Assembly (NCBI GenBank): GCA_947581835.1
Contig: CANPVV010000003.1
Location: forward strand, 643-64,642
Length of the DNA: 64,000 bases
From: an uncultured Bacilli bacterium
Lineage (GTDB): Bacteria; Bacillota_I; Bacilli_A; RF39; UBA660
Direction of reading: 5' to 3'
Both the position numbers and the translations under genes were made by a program. Positions 27,890 to 35,439 of the stretch are shown in pieces; within the stretch, counting starts at the first letter, position 1; each line of letters starts with the position of its first letter. A model generated the notes under the pieces. That model was given only the letters and a program-made list of their open reading frames with translations, was not told the DNA's origin and ran no database searches.

Positions 27890-28168
27890 ATGGAATTATT
27901 GATAGGAATTTTATTGTTATTAATGCCGATTGTAGTGGTAGTTTTATTTAATAAGTATCGAGTATTTATAAATATATTAAAGATAGTAATGGTAGGAATA
28001 TGTATTTATATTTATATAAGATATAAAAATTCTTTAGCTCTTTTAGTTTGGTTATTTATGGGAATTTGGTTTTTACTTTTGGTGGTAGTAACAGATTATT
28101 TTGTAAGAGAACATAAAGAAAAAAAGAAGGATAGTAATGGAAAAGAAAACAGAAGAAGAAATATATAA
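27890..28168 (+). CDS. Small hypothetical membrane protein (92 aa)
   Basis: Three predicted hydrophobic segments and a basic C-terminal tail. Overlaps the xerD start by 32 nt. Confidence 0.5.
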   Translation: MELLIGILLLLMPIVVVVLFNKYRVFINILKIVMVGICIYIYIRYKNSLALLVWLFMGIWFLLLVVVTDYFVREHKEKKKDSNGKENRRRNI

Positions 28169-29057
28169 AATTAATCCAGAACTTAAAACGTATATTCAGG
28201 AGTATTTACTTACAGAATATAGTAGTTCAAAGAATAGTCGAGATTCTTATCGATATGATTTAATTAATTATGCAAGATTTTATGATACTAATATTGTTTA
28301 TTTAAAAAAAGAAGATATTCAGGAATATTTAAGAAAGAGTAAGAAAAAAGCGAAATCTAAAGCTCATAATTTAACAAGTATTAATAATTTTTATAAGTAT
28401 TTAATAGATAAAAACACTATTAAGATTAATCCTTGTGAAAGTATTAAAATGCCGAAATTAGAGAAGAAATTACCGGTTTATTTAACAGAGGAAGAAGTTA
28501 ATAAATTGTTAAATATGAGGGCTAGTAATGCTTATGAATTAAGAGATAAAGCTATGTTAGAGGTATTATATGCAACAGGTATTAGAATTAGTGAGTTATG
28601 TAATTTAGTAATGAGTAATTTATATTTAGATGATAGTATGATTAAAGTTATGGGAAAAGGTGGAAAAGAAAGAATTGTTCCAATTTATGAGGAAGCTAAA
28701 AATAGTTTAATTAATTATTTAACGTATGGAAGAGAAAGTATTTTAAAATCTAAGGATAGTGAATATGTTTTTATTAGTAGTAGACAAACAAAGATTTCAA
28801 GACAGGCATTTTTTAAGTTTTTAAAAAAATTATGTCAAAAAAATGGAATTAAAAAAAATGTTAGTCCCCATATACTTAGACATTCTTTTGCTACTCATTT
28901 AATTAATCATGGGGCTGATTTAAGAGTAGTACAAGAAATGCTCGGACATAGTGATATTGCAACTACTCAGATATATACACATTTAACTCATGAAAAGTTA
29001 GAAACAGATTATAATAAGCATCCTTTAATTAAAGGTAAAAAAGAAGAAACCAATTAA
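28137..29057 (+). CDS. xerD: Tyrosine site-specific recombinase, XerD type
   Basis: 306 aa. The catalytic region [38 protein letters not shown] closely resembles E. coli XerD ([36 protein letters not shown]) rather than XerC. Confidence 0.88.
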   Translation: [306 protein letters not shown]

Positions 29058-29075
29058 TCCTTGGTTTCTCTTTTA
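29046..29075. terminator. Bidirectional Rho-independent terminator
   Basis: Stem GAAACCAA (29046-29053)/TTGGTTTC (29061-29068), flanked by T-runs on both strands. It sits between xerD (+) and the small Arg/Ser-rich ORF (-). Confidence 0.6.
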
Positions 29076-29084
29076 TTTAGTTAA

Positions 29085-29276
29085 TTAACGACTTTCTCTA
29101 TTACTTCTTGAGCAGTTATTTTCGTTTCTTGAACTTCTTGAACTTCTTGAACTTTCATTATTTCTAGATTCATTTCTAGAATTTCTTGAACTTTCATTTC
29201 TTGAGTTTCTTGAACTTTCTTGTCTAGAACTTCTTGAATTATTGTTTTGACTTTTCATTTTTCTTTTCCCTCCCAT
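29085..29276 (-). CDS. Small Arg/Ser/Asn/Glu-rich repetitive protein (57-63 aa)
   Basis: The ORF encodes reiterated SRNSRNES-like units. The internal ATG at 29258 has a GGGAGGG RBS and is the likelier start. A terminator lies downstream. No family recognised. Confidence 0.45.
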   Translation of the reverse strand: MGGKRKMKSQNNNSRSSRQESSRNSRNESSRNSRNESRNNESSRSSRSSRNENNCSRSNRESR

Positions 29277-29329
29277 TATTATTATGGCAAGATTATGAGG
29301 GTTAATTCATAAAATTTAGGGGTGATAGT

Positions 29330-30082
29330 ATGGAAATATTTGGTGCTTTATTAGTATCAACTTTGGCAGGACTTTCCACAGTTGGGGGAGGGTTAATTGT
29401 ATTATTTAGAGTAAAGGAAGAGAAAATTAATAAGTTTATTACAGCAAGTTTGGCGTTTAGTTTGGCGATAATGATTGGAATTAGTATTACAGATTTGATA
29501 CCAGAGTCTTCTTATAATTTATTGGTAAGTTATGGAATAGGTAGGGGAGTAGTAGTTGCTTTAGGAGCTTTTTTAAGTGGAGTAGTATTAACTAAATACT
29601 TGCATAAATTAATTAATAAACAAGAGGTAAAAGGAGATTTATATAAGCTTGGAATACTTAATTTGATTGCTTTAGTTTGTCATAATTTTCCAGAAGGAAT
29701 TGCAACTTTTATGAGTTCTTATAAAGATATTAATTTAGGAATAAAACTTGCGATAGCTATAGCACTGCATAATATACCAGAAGGAATAAGTATTGCTGTT
29801 CCAATTTATTATGCTACAAATTCAAGAAAAGAGGCTATATTTAAGACTTTTTTATCAGGTATTGCTGAACCTATTGGGGCTATTATTGCGTATATATTTT
29901 TAAGTAAATATATTACAGATAGGATAATAAGTTTAATTCTTTTATTGGTGGGGGGAATAATGATTTGTTTAGCAATTGAAATAATTTATCCGAAAGCTTT
30001 AAGTTATAAGGAAAATAGTTGGTTAAAGATTGGTTTAGGTTTAGGTGTTTTATTGATTGTTATAAATGCTTTGGTTTTTTAA
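29330..30082 (+). CDS. zupT: ZIP-family zinc transporter ZupT
   Basis: 250 aa, ~8 TM segments, with paired metal motifs HNFPEGIA and HNIPEGISIA. Confidence 0.9.
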   Translation: MEIFGALLVSTLAGLSTVGGGLIVLFRVKEEKINKFITASLAFSLAIMIGISITDLIPESSYNLLVSYGIGRGVVVALGAFLSGVVLTKYLHKLINKQEVKGDLYKLGILNLIALVCHNFPEGIATFMSSYKDINLGIKLAIAIALHNIPEGISIAVPIYYATNSRKEAIFKTFLSGIAEPIGAIIAYIFLSKYITDRIISLILLLVGGIMICLAIEIIYPKALSYKENSWLKIGLGLGVLLIVINALVF

Positions 30083-30161
30083 TTAAGCTTAGATTAGTGC
30101 TTTGAAATAAAGAGATATCTTTATTTAGTTGGTTTGTTTAGATTTAAATTTTTCAGAGTTT

Positions 30162-30189
30162 AGTTAACATAACGTACATTTTGCGAAAT
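30162..30189. other. Candidate dif site (XerC/XerD chromosome-dimer resolution site)
   Basis: The minus strand reads ATTTCGCAAAA-TGTACG-TTATGTTAACT. The right arm matches the E. coli XerD arm TTATGTTAAAT and the B. subtilis arm TTATGTAAACT at 10/11 each. The left arm matches each at 7/11. It lies in a 440-bp gap between convergent genes, at the gene-strand switch and near xerD. Confidence 0.6.
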
Positions 30190-30352
30190 ATAATTTTGAA
30201 AGAAAAATATTAAAGATTTAGTTGTTTTTTGATATTTAGTTGATATAAATTATGCTTAGTTTTTAATTAGATTTTAGGTATTAAATTAAGTTTAAGTTAA
30301 AAATTTAATAATTTGAATTTAGAATATTTTAAGTTTTAAAATTTAGTTATTT

Positions 30353-30427
30353 TATAACCTTATTTATATATTTAATAAGGTTATAATACGCGTGTATATC
30401 ATTATTATATTTAATAATAAGGTTATA
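30353..30427. repeat. Perfect 12-bp inverted repeat plus a direct copy of one arm
   Basis: TATAACCTTATT (30353-30364) and AATAAGGTTATA (30374-30385) are separated by 9 nt. AATAAGGTTATA recurs at 30416-30427 with the same TATATTTAAT lead-in. A near-palindrome ATACGCGTGTAT lies between the copies. Confidence 0.6.
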
Positions 30428-30496
30428 TAAGTATATATATTAAATTAAAGGGGAGTTTTAATAATAAATTTCTTTTAAGAAGGGGGGTTAAATTTT

Positions 30497-30519
30497 AAAA
30501 AAAGAGGGGTTGTTCCCCT
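30497..30519 (-). terminator. Rho-independent terminator of the 30522-32131 operon
   Basis: The minus strand reads AGGGG-AACAA-CCCCT, followed by CTTTTTTT. Confidence 0.65.
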
Positions 30520-30521
30520 AT

Positions 30522-31340
30522 TTATTTGCGTTCACTTTTTAGATAGTAGTGACCACCAGTTTTGCTTTCCTTAAATGTATGTTTGTATAAAGCTCCATAG
30601 TCTCTTACAAATTCAATTTGTTTTTCTTCACTTAACTGAGAGAAATCACCGATCTCTTTTAGTTTAGAAGTACATTTACTACTCTCCTCTTCACTGGTAG
30701 TTGTTAGGTAACATTTGTTATCGGATATTTTTAAGAAATAATCACTTATAACAATATCTCCATTGTTTTTGATTATTGCTTTAGTTTTTAAACGATAAAT
30801 ATCAGCTTCAGGCATAATTGCTACATTGTAGGAAGTTGCCTCACCACAGTAGTACTTCTCCCCTTCTTTGGTACACATTTTTTTACTGGTAATGTAAAAT
30901 GATTCTTCATCACTAGTCTCAGGTTTAGTTCCATAAAGTTCTTCATAAGCTTTATCTAAAGAGTTTGCATCTAATTCTTCATAACTGCAAACTTCAGAAT
31001 CATCGGCAGTAGCAAAGGTTAGTTCATTTAATTTACAATATTTGGTGTCATATTCATTGGTACCTGTAACTTTAAGGGTATTAGAAGTGATATTATCTTG
31101 ATTTAGATTATAATATGCCATACAAAGTTTATTTTCAGCTTCAATATCACTAGCACTGATAGAGTCCTTACTATAAGCATTTAAACCACCACAGTGATAG
31201 ATATCTACTTCTCCTAAATAACTGTATAATTTAGTTATTTCTTCACTATTGATATCAAGAGGTTTATCACTGATAACGATGGTTGCAATACCAATTAAAA
31301 CAATAATAATTAAAATTATAAATAGATACTTCTTTTTCAT
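30522..31340 (-). CDS. Hypothetical secreted/membrane-anchored Cys-rich protein (272 aa)
   Basis: N-terminal signal/anchor (KKYLFIILIIIVLIGIATIV) and about 10 cysteines in the mature part. No family recognised. Confidence 0.6.
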   Translation of the reverse strand: MKKKYLFIILIIIVLIGIATIVISDKPLDINSEEITKLYSYLGEVDIYHCGGLNAYSKDSISASDIEAENKLCMAYYNLNQDNITSNTLKVTGTNEYDTKYCKLNELTFATADDSEVCSYEELDANSLDKAYEELYGTKPETSDEESFYITSKKMCTKEGEKYYCGEATSYNVAIMPEADIYRLKTKAIIKNNGDIVISDYFLKISDNKCYLTTTSEEESSKCTSKLKEIGDFSQLSEEKQIEFVRDYGALYKHTFKESKTGGHYYLKSERK

Positions 31341-31354
31341 AAAAATTACACTTT

Positions 31355-32131
31355 CTAGACTTTGCGAGACTGAATTTCGGCAATTTTTTCAAATACTTCG
31401 GCAGCATTTTGTTCATTTATTTGATTATAGCCGAGTTCGCGAAGGGCTTGGATTTTAATAGTATTTAATTGTTGGGTACGGCTAAGTTTTTCTTCATTTT
31501 TTTGCTCAATTTCTTGGACAAAACGCTTATGACTTTCTTCTAATTTACTTTTACTTGCGCCCCCATTGTTATATAAAGTTAAAGCAGAATATAAGATTCC
31601 TTCAAAGATAAATTGATGCTCTTCATCAAAGGCATATTCCTCAGGATTAATAAAACCAGTAGTTTTAGACATATAACCAAGTATATATTTGATTTCAGGA
31701 ACATTATCGATTGATTGTAACATATGATATAAATAATTTATCGCGTGTTTGTTTTCTTCTTTTTTGTTTTCATCTAATAATTTTTCTTTAAGTAAATATG
31801 TGATATCAGCAATTAAAGTTTGTTCTTCTTTATTTAAGCCTTTCATATCAAAGTAGTTATCCATATCACTAGAATTTTTAACACCTTGATTTAAGCGATT
31901 CTCAACAGCCATTAGATAATCGGTAGTAATTTTAATACTACTTATTGTGTTTTCATCACCATCTTCGATATCTAATAATTTTAGTAATAATATCTTTTTT
32001 TCTTTAGGCCATTTATTAATGTCTTCAAGTTCTAAATAGTTATAAACCATTTGCCTAGAGACATTTAAATATTTAGCAAGTCTAACTTTGGATATTCCTA
32101 GTTCTTGTAATAATTCATTTAAACTATTCAT
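31355..32131 (-). CDS. HTH-domain protein (258 aa)
   Basis: N-terminal HTH (LQELGISKVRLAKYLNVSRQMVYNYLE). The rest is unassignable. It lies upstream of, and on the same strand as, the Cys-rich protein gene. Confidence 0.65.
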   Translation of the reverse strand: MNSLNELLQELGISKVRLAKYLNVSRQMVYNYLELEDINKWPKEKKILLLKLLDIEDGDENTISSIKITTDYLMAVENRLNQGVKNSSDMDNYFDMKGLNKEEQTLIADITYLLKEKLLDENKKEENKHAINYLYHMLQSIDNVPEIKYILGYMSKTTGFINPEEYAFDEEHQFIFEGILYSALTLYNNGGASKSKLEESHKRFVQEIEQKNEEKLSRTQQLNTIKIQALRELGYNQINEQNAAEVFEKIAEIQSRKV

Positions 32132-32174
32132 TCTTTTTTATGTTTCCTTTCTTATTTTTTTAATTTACATTAAT

Positions 32175-32204
32175 ATTATAAGGTACTTAACACTTTAATG
32201 TCAA
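32175..32204 (-). promoter_or_regulatory. Candidate sigma-A promoter for the HTH/Cys-rich protein operon
   Basis: Minus strand: TTGACA (32204-32199), 18 nt, then TATAAT (32180-32175). Confidence 0.4.
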
Positions 32205-32227
32205 GTAGCTATGTTAAATTATTGCTA

Positions 32228-32259
32228 AAAATAAAAAGACTTAACTTTTTGGTTAAGTC
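32228..32259 (-). terminator. Rho-independent terminator after mnmA
   Basis: Stem GACTTAAC (32238-32245)/GTTAAGTC (32252-32259). On the minus strand it is followed by TTTTTATTTTT. Confidence 0.6.
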
Positions 32260-32266
32260 CCCTTCC

Positions 32267-33367
32267 CTATAAATACCAGAGTTTTTCACCATTTTTATAG
32301 ACATCTTTGATAAAACCACAGCCTAAACATTTATCATGGTCATAAAAGACACATGCTTGGCCAGGAGTTACACTTTTAGCAAGAGTTGGATATTTAATTT
32401 TGATTGAATCTTCAGTTATCTCTTCAACAATTATAGGTATTTCTTCACCACGATAACGAAATTTTGCGGTAAGTTTAAGTGGTAAGTCTTCCATTAAATT
32501 AATATTATCTAAGGTGCAAGCATCACTATAAAGGTATGAACTATCGCCGTAGGCAACATATAAAATATTTTTAGAAACGTCTTTACCACAGACATAGTGT
32601 CTTAATTCATCGCCACTTAAACCTACATTTCGTCTTTGACCGATGGTATAATTCATAAGACCAGTGTGTTTACCTATTACTTTGTCAGTAGAAACGTCAA
32701 TAATATCGCCAGGATTAGGTTTTAGATAGTTTTTAACAAATTCTTGAAAATGACGTTCCCCAATAAAACAGATACCAGTTGAATCTTTTTTAGTGGCAAC
32801 ATTAAGATTGGCTTTTAGGGCAATATCACGAACTTGAGGTTTAGTTAAATCACCAAGAGGAAAAATAACATTTTCTAATTGTTCCTTTTTGATATCGGCT
32901 AAAAAGTAGGTTTGATCTTTATTTTGATCTAAAGCTTTATATAAAGTATTATTTTTAACTCGAGCATAATGACCAGTGGCAATATAATCAGCGCCTAATT
33001 TTAAAGCTTCTTTTTTAAATAAATCAAATTTTATATATTTATTGCATAACATATCGGGATTAGGAGTTCGACCTTTTTTTAATTCTTCTAAAAAGTAGGT
33101 AAAAACATTGTCCCAATATTCTTTAATAAAATCAACACGATGGAGTTTAATTCCTAGTATTTCACAGGTTTTTAGGGCATCATTGTAATCAGTTTCTTGA
33201 GGACATATTTCTTGATTAAAATTAGGATTACCAAGGGTATCATTGTTTAGCATAGAATCCCAGTTGCGCATAAATAGCCCTTCTACTTCATAGCCTTGTT
33301 CTTTTAGAAGTAAAGCTGCGACAGCAGAATCTACTCCTCCACTTATACCGACAATAACTTTTTTCAT
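32267..33367 (-). CDS. mnmA: tRNA 2-thiouridine(34) synthase MnmA
   Basis: PP-loop VGISGGVDSAV plus motifs GRTPNPDMLCNKYIKF and DQTYFL. Confidence 0.95.
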   Translation of the reverse strand: MKKVIVGISGGVDSAVAALLLKEQGYEVEGLFMRNWDSMLNNDTLGNPNFNQEICPQETDYNDALKTCEILGIKLHRVDFIKEYWDNVFTYFLEELKKGRTPNPDMLCNKYIKFDLFKKEALKLGADYIATGHYARVKNNTLYKALDQNKDQTYFLADIKKEQLENVIFPLGDLTKPQVRDIALKANLNVATKKDSTGICFIGERHFQEFVKNYLKPNPGDIIDVSTDKVIGKHTGLMNYTIGQRRNVGLSGDELRHYVCGKDVSKNILYVAYGDSSYLYSDACTLDNINLMEDLPLKLTAKFRYRGEEIPIIVEEITEDSIKIKYPTLAKSVTPGQACVFYDHDKCLGCGFIKDVYKNGEKLWYL

Positions 33368-33506
33368 AACGCATCACAAGTTTATTATAACACGGATGAT
33401 GAGCTTTAGCAAATTTATTATATTTGTTATTAGAGATTGTTATATTTATTATAATTATAGATTATGAAGATTACATTTTGTTATTTAACTTATTTTATAT
33501 TAGAGA

Positions 33507-34076
33507 TTAGTTAAAGGGAAGAAAAAAAGAAAGAATATTGGTGCCAAAGAAATAGAGGAATAAATCATAGATAAATAATGCAAAAAGAAGAAAGATAGTA
33601 ATTTTAAGATTTTTTTTCAAAGATAGATGAGTTTTATTTAGAATATTGGTAAATATTATTTGGGTTAAAGAAGATATTTGGTGAATTAAAAGAAAAATTA
33701 GAGATAGATAGAAGAATTTGGTTAAAAAGATATAGAATAAAGAGTAGATAAAACCTTTAAAGTAGTAGATAGCGGTAAAACTTAGAATATTATAGAAAAT
33801 ACAGATAGCCTCAAAACAGAAATAGATGGGAAAACTTAGAAAATTGAGATTAAAAAGAGCAAAAAAGCTTAGAATTAGAATAATAATTAGATGGGGTAAG
33901 AAAAAGTTTAGGTGGGTTGTATTTAAAAGTTCAGGGATATTTTTTAAATTATTTAGAAGAAGAGTGTTATCAAGTTTTTTAAAAAGAAGAAAGCTTATAA
34001 TAAAACTTAGAAGACTTAAATAGATAAGTAATTTACGAGTTTTAGAGTCTTTTAGCTTTATTTTTAAATAATTCAT
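33507..34076 (-). CDS. Hypothetical polytopic membrane protein
   Basis: About 5 TM segments. ATG 34076 with a GGTGA RBS is preferred over TTG 34103. The weak overall resemblance to SpoIIM-type proteins is not convincing. Confidence 0.55.
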   Translation of the reverse strand: MNYLKIKLKDSKTRKLLIYLSLLSFIISFLLFKKLDNTLLLNNLKNIPELLNTTHLNFFLPHLIIILILSFFALFNLNFLSFPIYFCFEAICIFYNILSFTAIYYFKGFIYSLFYIFLTKFFYLSLIFLLIHQISSLTQIIFTNILNKTHLSLKKNLKITIFLLFALFIYDLFLYFFGTNILSFFLPFN

Positions 34077-34160
34077 GATATTCACCAGTAAATTATATTG
34101 CAAATTTTACGAAAATATGATAAATTAATAAAGGAAATTTAAAAAGAAATGGTGATTTAG

Positions 34161-34256
34161 ATGAGTAAAAAAGCACAAAAAGTATTTGCTTGGGGTATGC
34201 TTATTGCGATGGTGGCTAGTGTTGTAGCAACTATTGTTTCGTATGCTTTAGCATAA
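34161..34256 (+). CDS. Small single-TM peptide (31 aa), below the ORF-track cutoff
   Basis: ATG 34161 after GGTGA. The peptide is MSKKAQKVFAWGMLIAMVASVVATIVSYALA, a basic N-terminus followed by one TM segment. A hairpin with a T-run follows. Confidence 0.4.
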   Translation: MSKKAQKVFAWGMLIAMVASVVATIVSYALA

Positions 34257-34261
34257 AAAAA

Positions 34262-34334
34262 GTAGTTCTGAATGGTATTTGTTATAAAAGAATAATTATT
34301 TGTTTTAAGGAGTGTAGGTGTCATTCAGAACTAC
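34262..34334. terminator. Long-range 13-bp inverted repeat, likely a bidirectional terminator or hairpin RNA
   Basis: GTAGTTCTGAATG (34262-34274) pairs with CATTCAGAACTAC (34322-34334) across a 47-nt loop. An A7 run lies on the left and GCTTTTTATTTT on the right, so a U-tract follows on both strands. Confidence 0.5.
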
Positions 34335-34379
34335 GCTTTTTATTTTATAAAATAATAGTTAAATGGTCAAGAAATTTCG

Positions 34380-34396
34380 TTCGACAAAATTCGACA
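34380..34396 (-). promoter_or_regulatory. Two tandem perfect Spo0A-box-like heptamers (TGTCGAA)
   Basis: Plus-strand TTCGACA at 34380-34386 and 34390-34396 (10-nt spacing) reads TGTCGAA on the minus strand. They lie 9 nt upstream of a minus-strand TTGACC (34370-34365), 17 nt, TAAAAT (34347-34342) promoter. Confidence 0.35.
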
Positions 34397-35425
34397 TTAG
34401 GAATTTAGAGCTTCTGTTATTAGTTTATCTAAAAGATTGGAGTAAGAAATATTTTTTTCAGCAAATAATTTAGGATACATACTAGTTTTAGTAAACCCAG
34501 GAATAGTATTTATTTCATTTAGATAAATTTCATCACCGATTAGAAAGAAATCACAGCGACTATAACCATGACATTCGAGAATTTGGAATATTTTAAGGGC
34601 AGTATTTTGGATTTTAGTGGTTAAATTTGGGGATAGAGAAGCGGGAATAATGGTGTTATTGTCTTTACTTTGATATTTAGCAAAAAAGTCATAGAAAGAA
34701 GAGTTTACCTCACCAATGGGGGATGCGATAAGTTGATGGTTAGTTTCTAATATAGCACATTCAAGTTCACGACCAGAAGAAGCTGCTTCAACAAGTAAGC
34801 GATTATCAATATTAAAAACTAAAGGTATTTTAGATTCTAATTCTTCATAATTAGAAATTTTAAAAACACCAAGGGAAGAACCACTGTTGGAAGGTTTAAT
34901 ATAGAAAGGATAGTTAAAATTAGAAATAATAGTTGTAAGCATTTCTTTTTTAGTTAGACTTTTATCTTCATAGATATATTCATTATTGTATTTAGTAAAA
35001 TAGATAAAAGGCATAGTTTTAATATTATTATGTTCTAAGATGATTTTGGTTAGAATTTTATCCATAGTAACTAAACTAGGACGGGGTTTATTACTAAGAT
35101 ATTTTATATTTAGAAATTCAAAAATACTTGCTAGAAGACCATCTTCACCGTTTTTGCCATGAATAGCAATCCAGACTAAATCAAATTGTTTAAGATAGGT
35201 GAAAGGCTCTTTAATGGGGGTTAAATTGGTGGGTAACTCCCCTACTTCTAAGCTGGTAATTTCTTCAACGGGTTTATTCCAAAGATAAAATAAGTTGGTT
35301 TTATCTAAATAAATGGGTGTTATTGTATATTTTCTTTTATCTAAGTTACTTATAATTGAAGTAGCTGATGCGATAGATACTTCATGTTCATTTGATGAAC
35401 TACCAAATAAAATGGCGATTTTCAT
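34397..35425 (-). CDS. ddl: D-alanine--D-alanine ligase
   Basis: 342 aa ATP-grasp protein with Ddl motifs (FGSSSNEHEVS, HGKNGEDG, EINTIPGFT). Confidence 0.93.
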   Translation of the reverse strand: MKIAILFGSSSNEHEVSIASATSIISNLDKRKYTITPIYLDKTNLFYLWNKPVEEITSLEVGELPTNLTPIKEPFTYLKQFDLVWIAIHGKNGEDGLLASIFEFLNIKYLSNKPRPSLVTMDKILTKIILEHNNIKTMPFIYFTKYNNEYIYEDKSLTKKEMLTTIISNFNYPFYIKPSNSGSSLGVFKISNYEELESKIPLVFNIDNRLLVEAASSGRELECAILETNHQLIASPIGEVNSSFYDFFAKYQSKDNNTIIPASLSPNLTTKIQNTALKIFQILECHGYSRCDFFLIGDEIYLNEINTIPGFTKTSMYPKLFAEKNISYSNLLDKLITEALNS

Positions 35426-35439
35426 TGTTTATTCCTCCT

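Noticed and set aside
28137-29057. The tyrosine recombinase considered as a phage or ICE integrase marking a mobile element.
   Set aside because: The catalytic region is XerD-like almost residue for residue. No phage or conjugation genes and no flanking direct repeats are seen. A dif-like site lies 1.1 kb away. It is the chromosomal XerD.
30083-30521. The long AT-rich convergent gap considered as a decayed IS element or prophage end.
   Set aside because: It contains no transposase or integrase fragments and no terminal inverted repeats bounding a unit. The content is better explained by a dif site plus local palindromes. Residual uncertainty is recorded as separate findings.
33507-34103. Calling the 189-198-aa membrane protein SpoIIM.
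   Set aside because: Only the size and the number of TM segments are similar. I could not identify conserved residues, so it is left as a hypothetical membrane protein.
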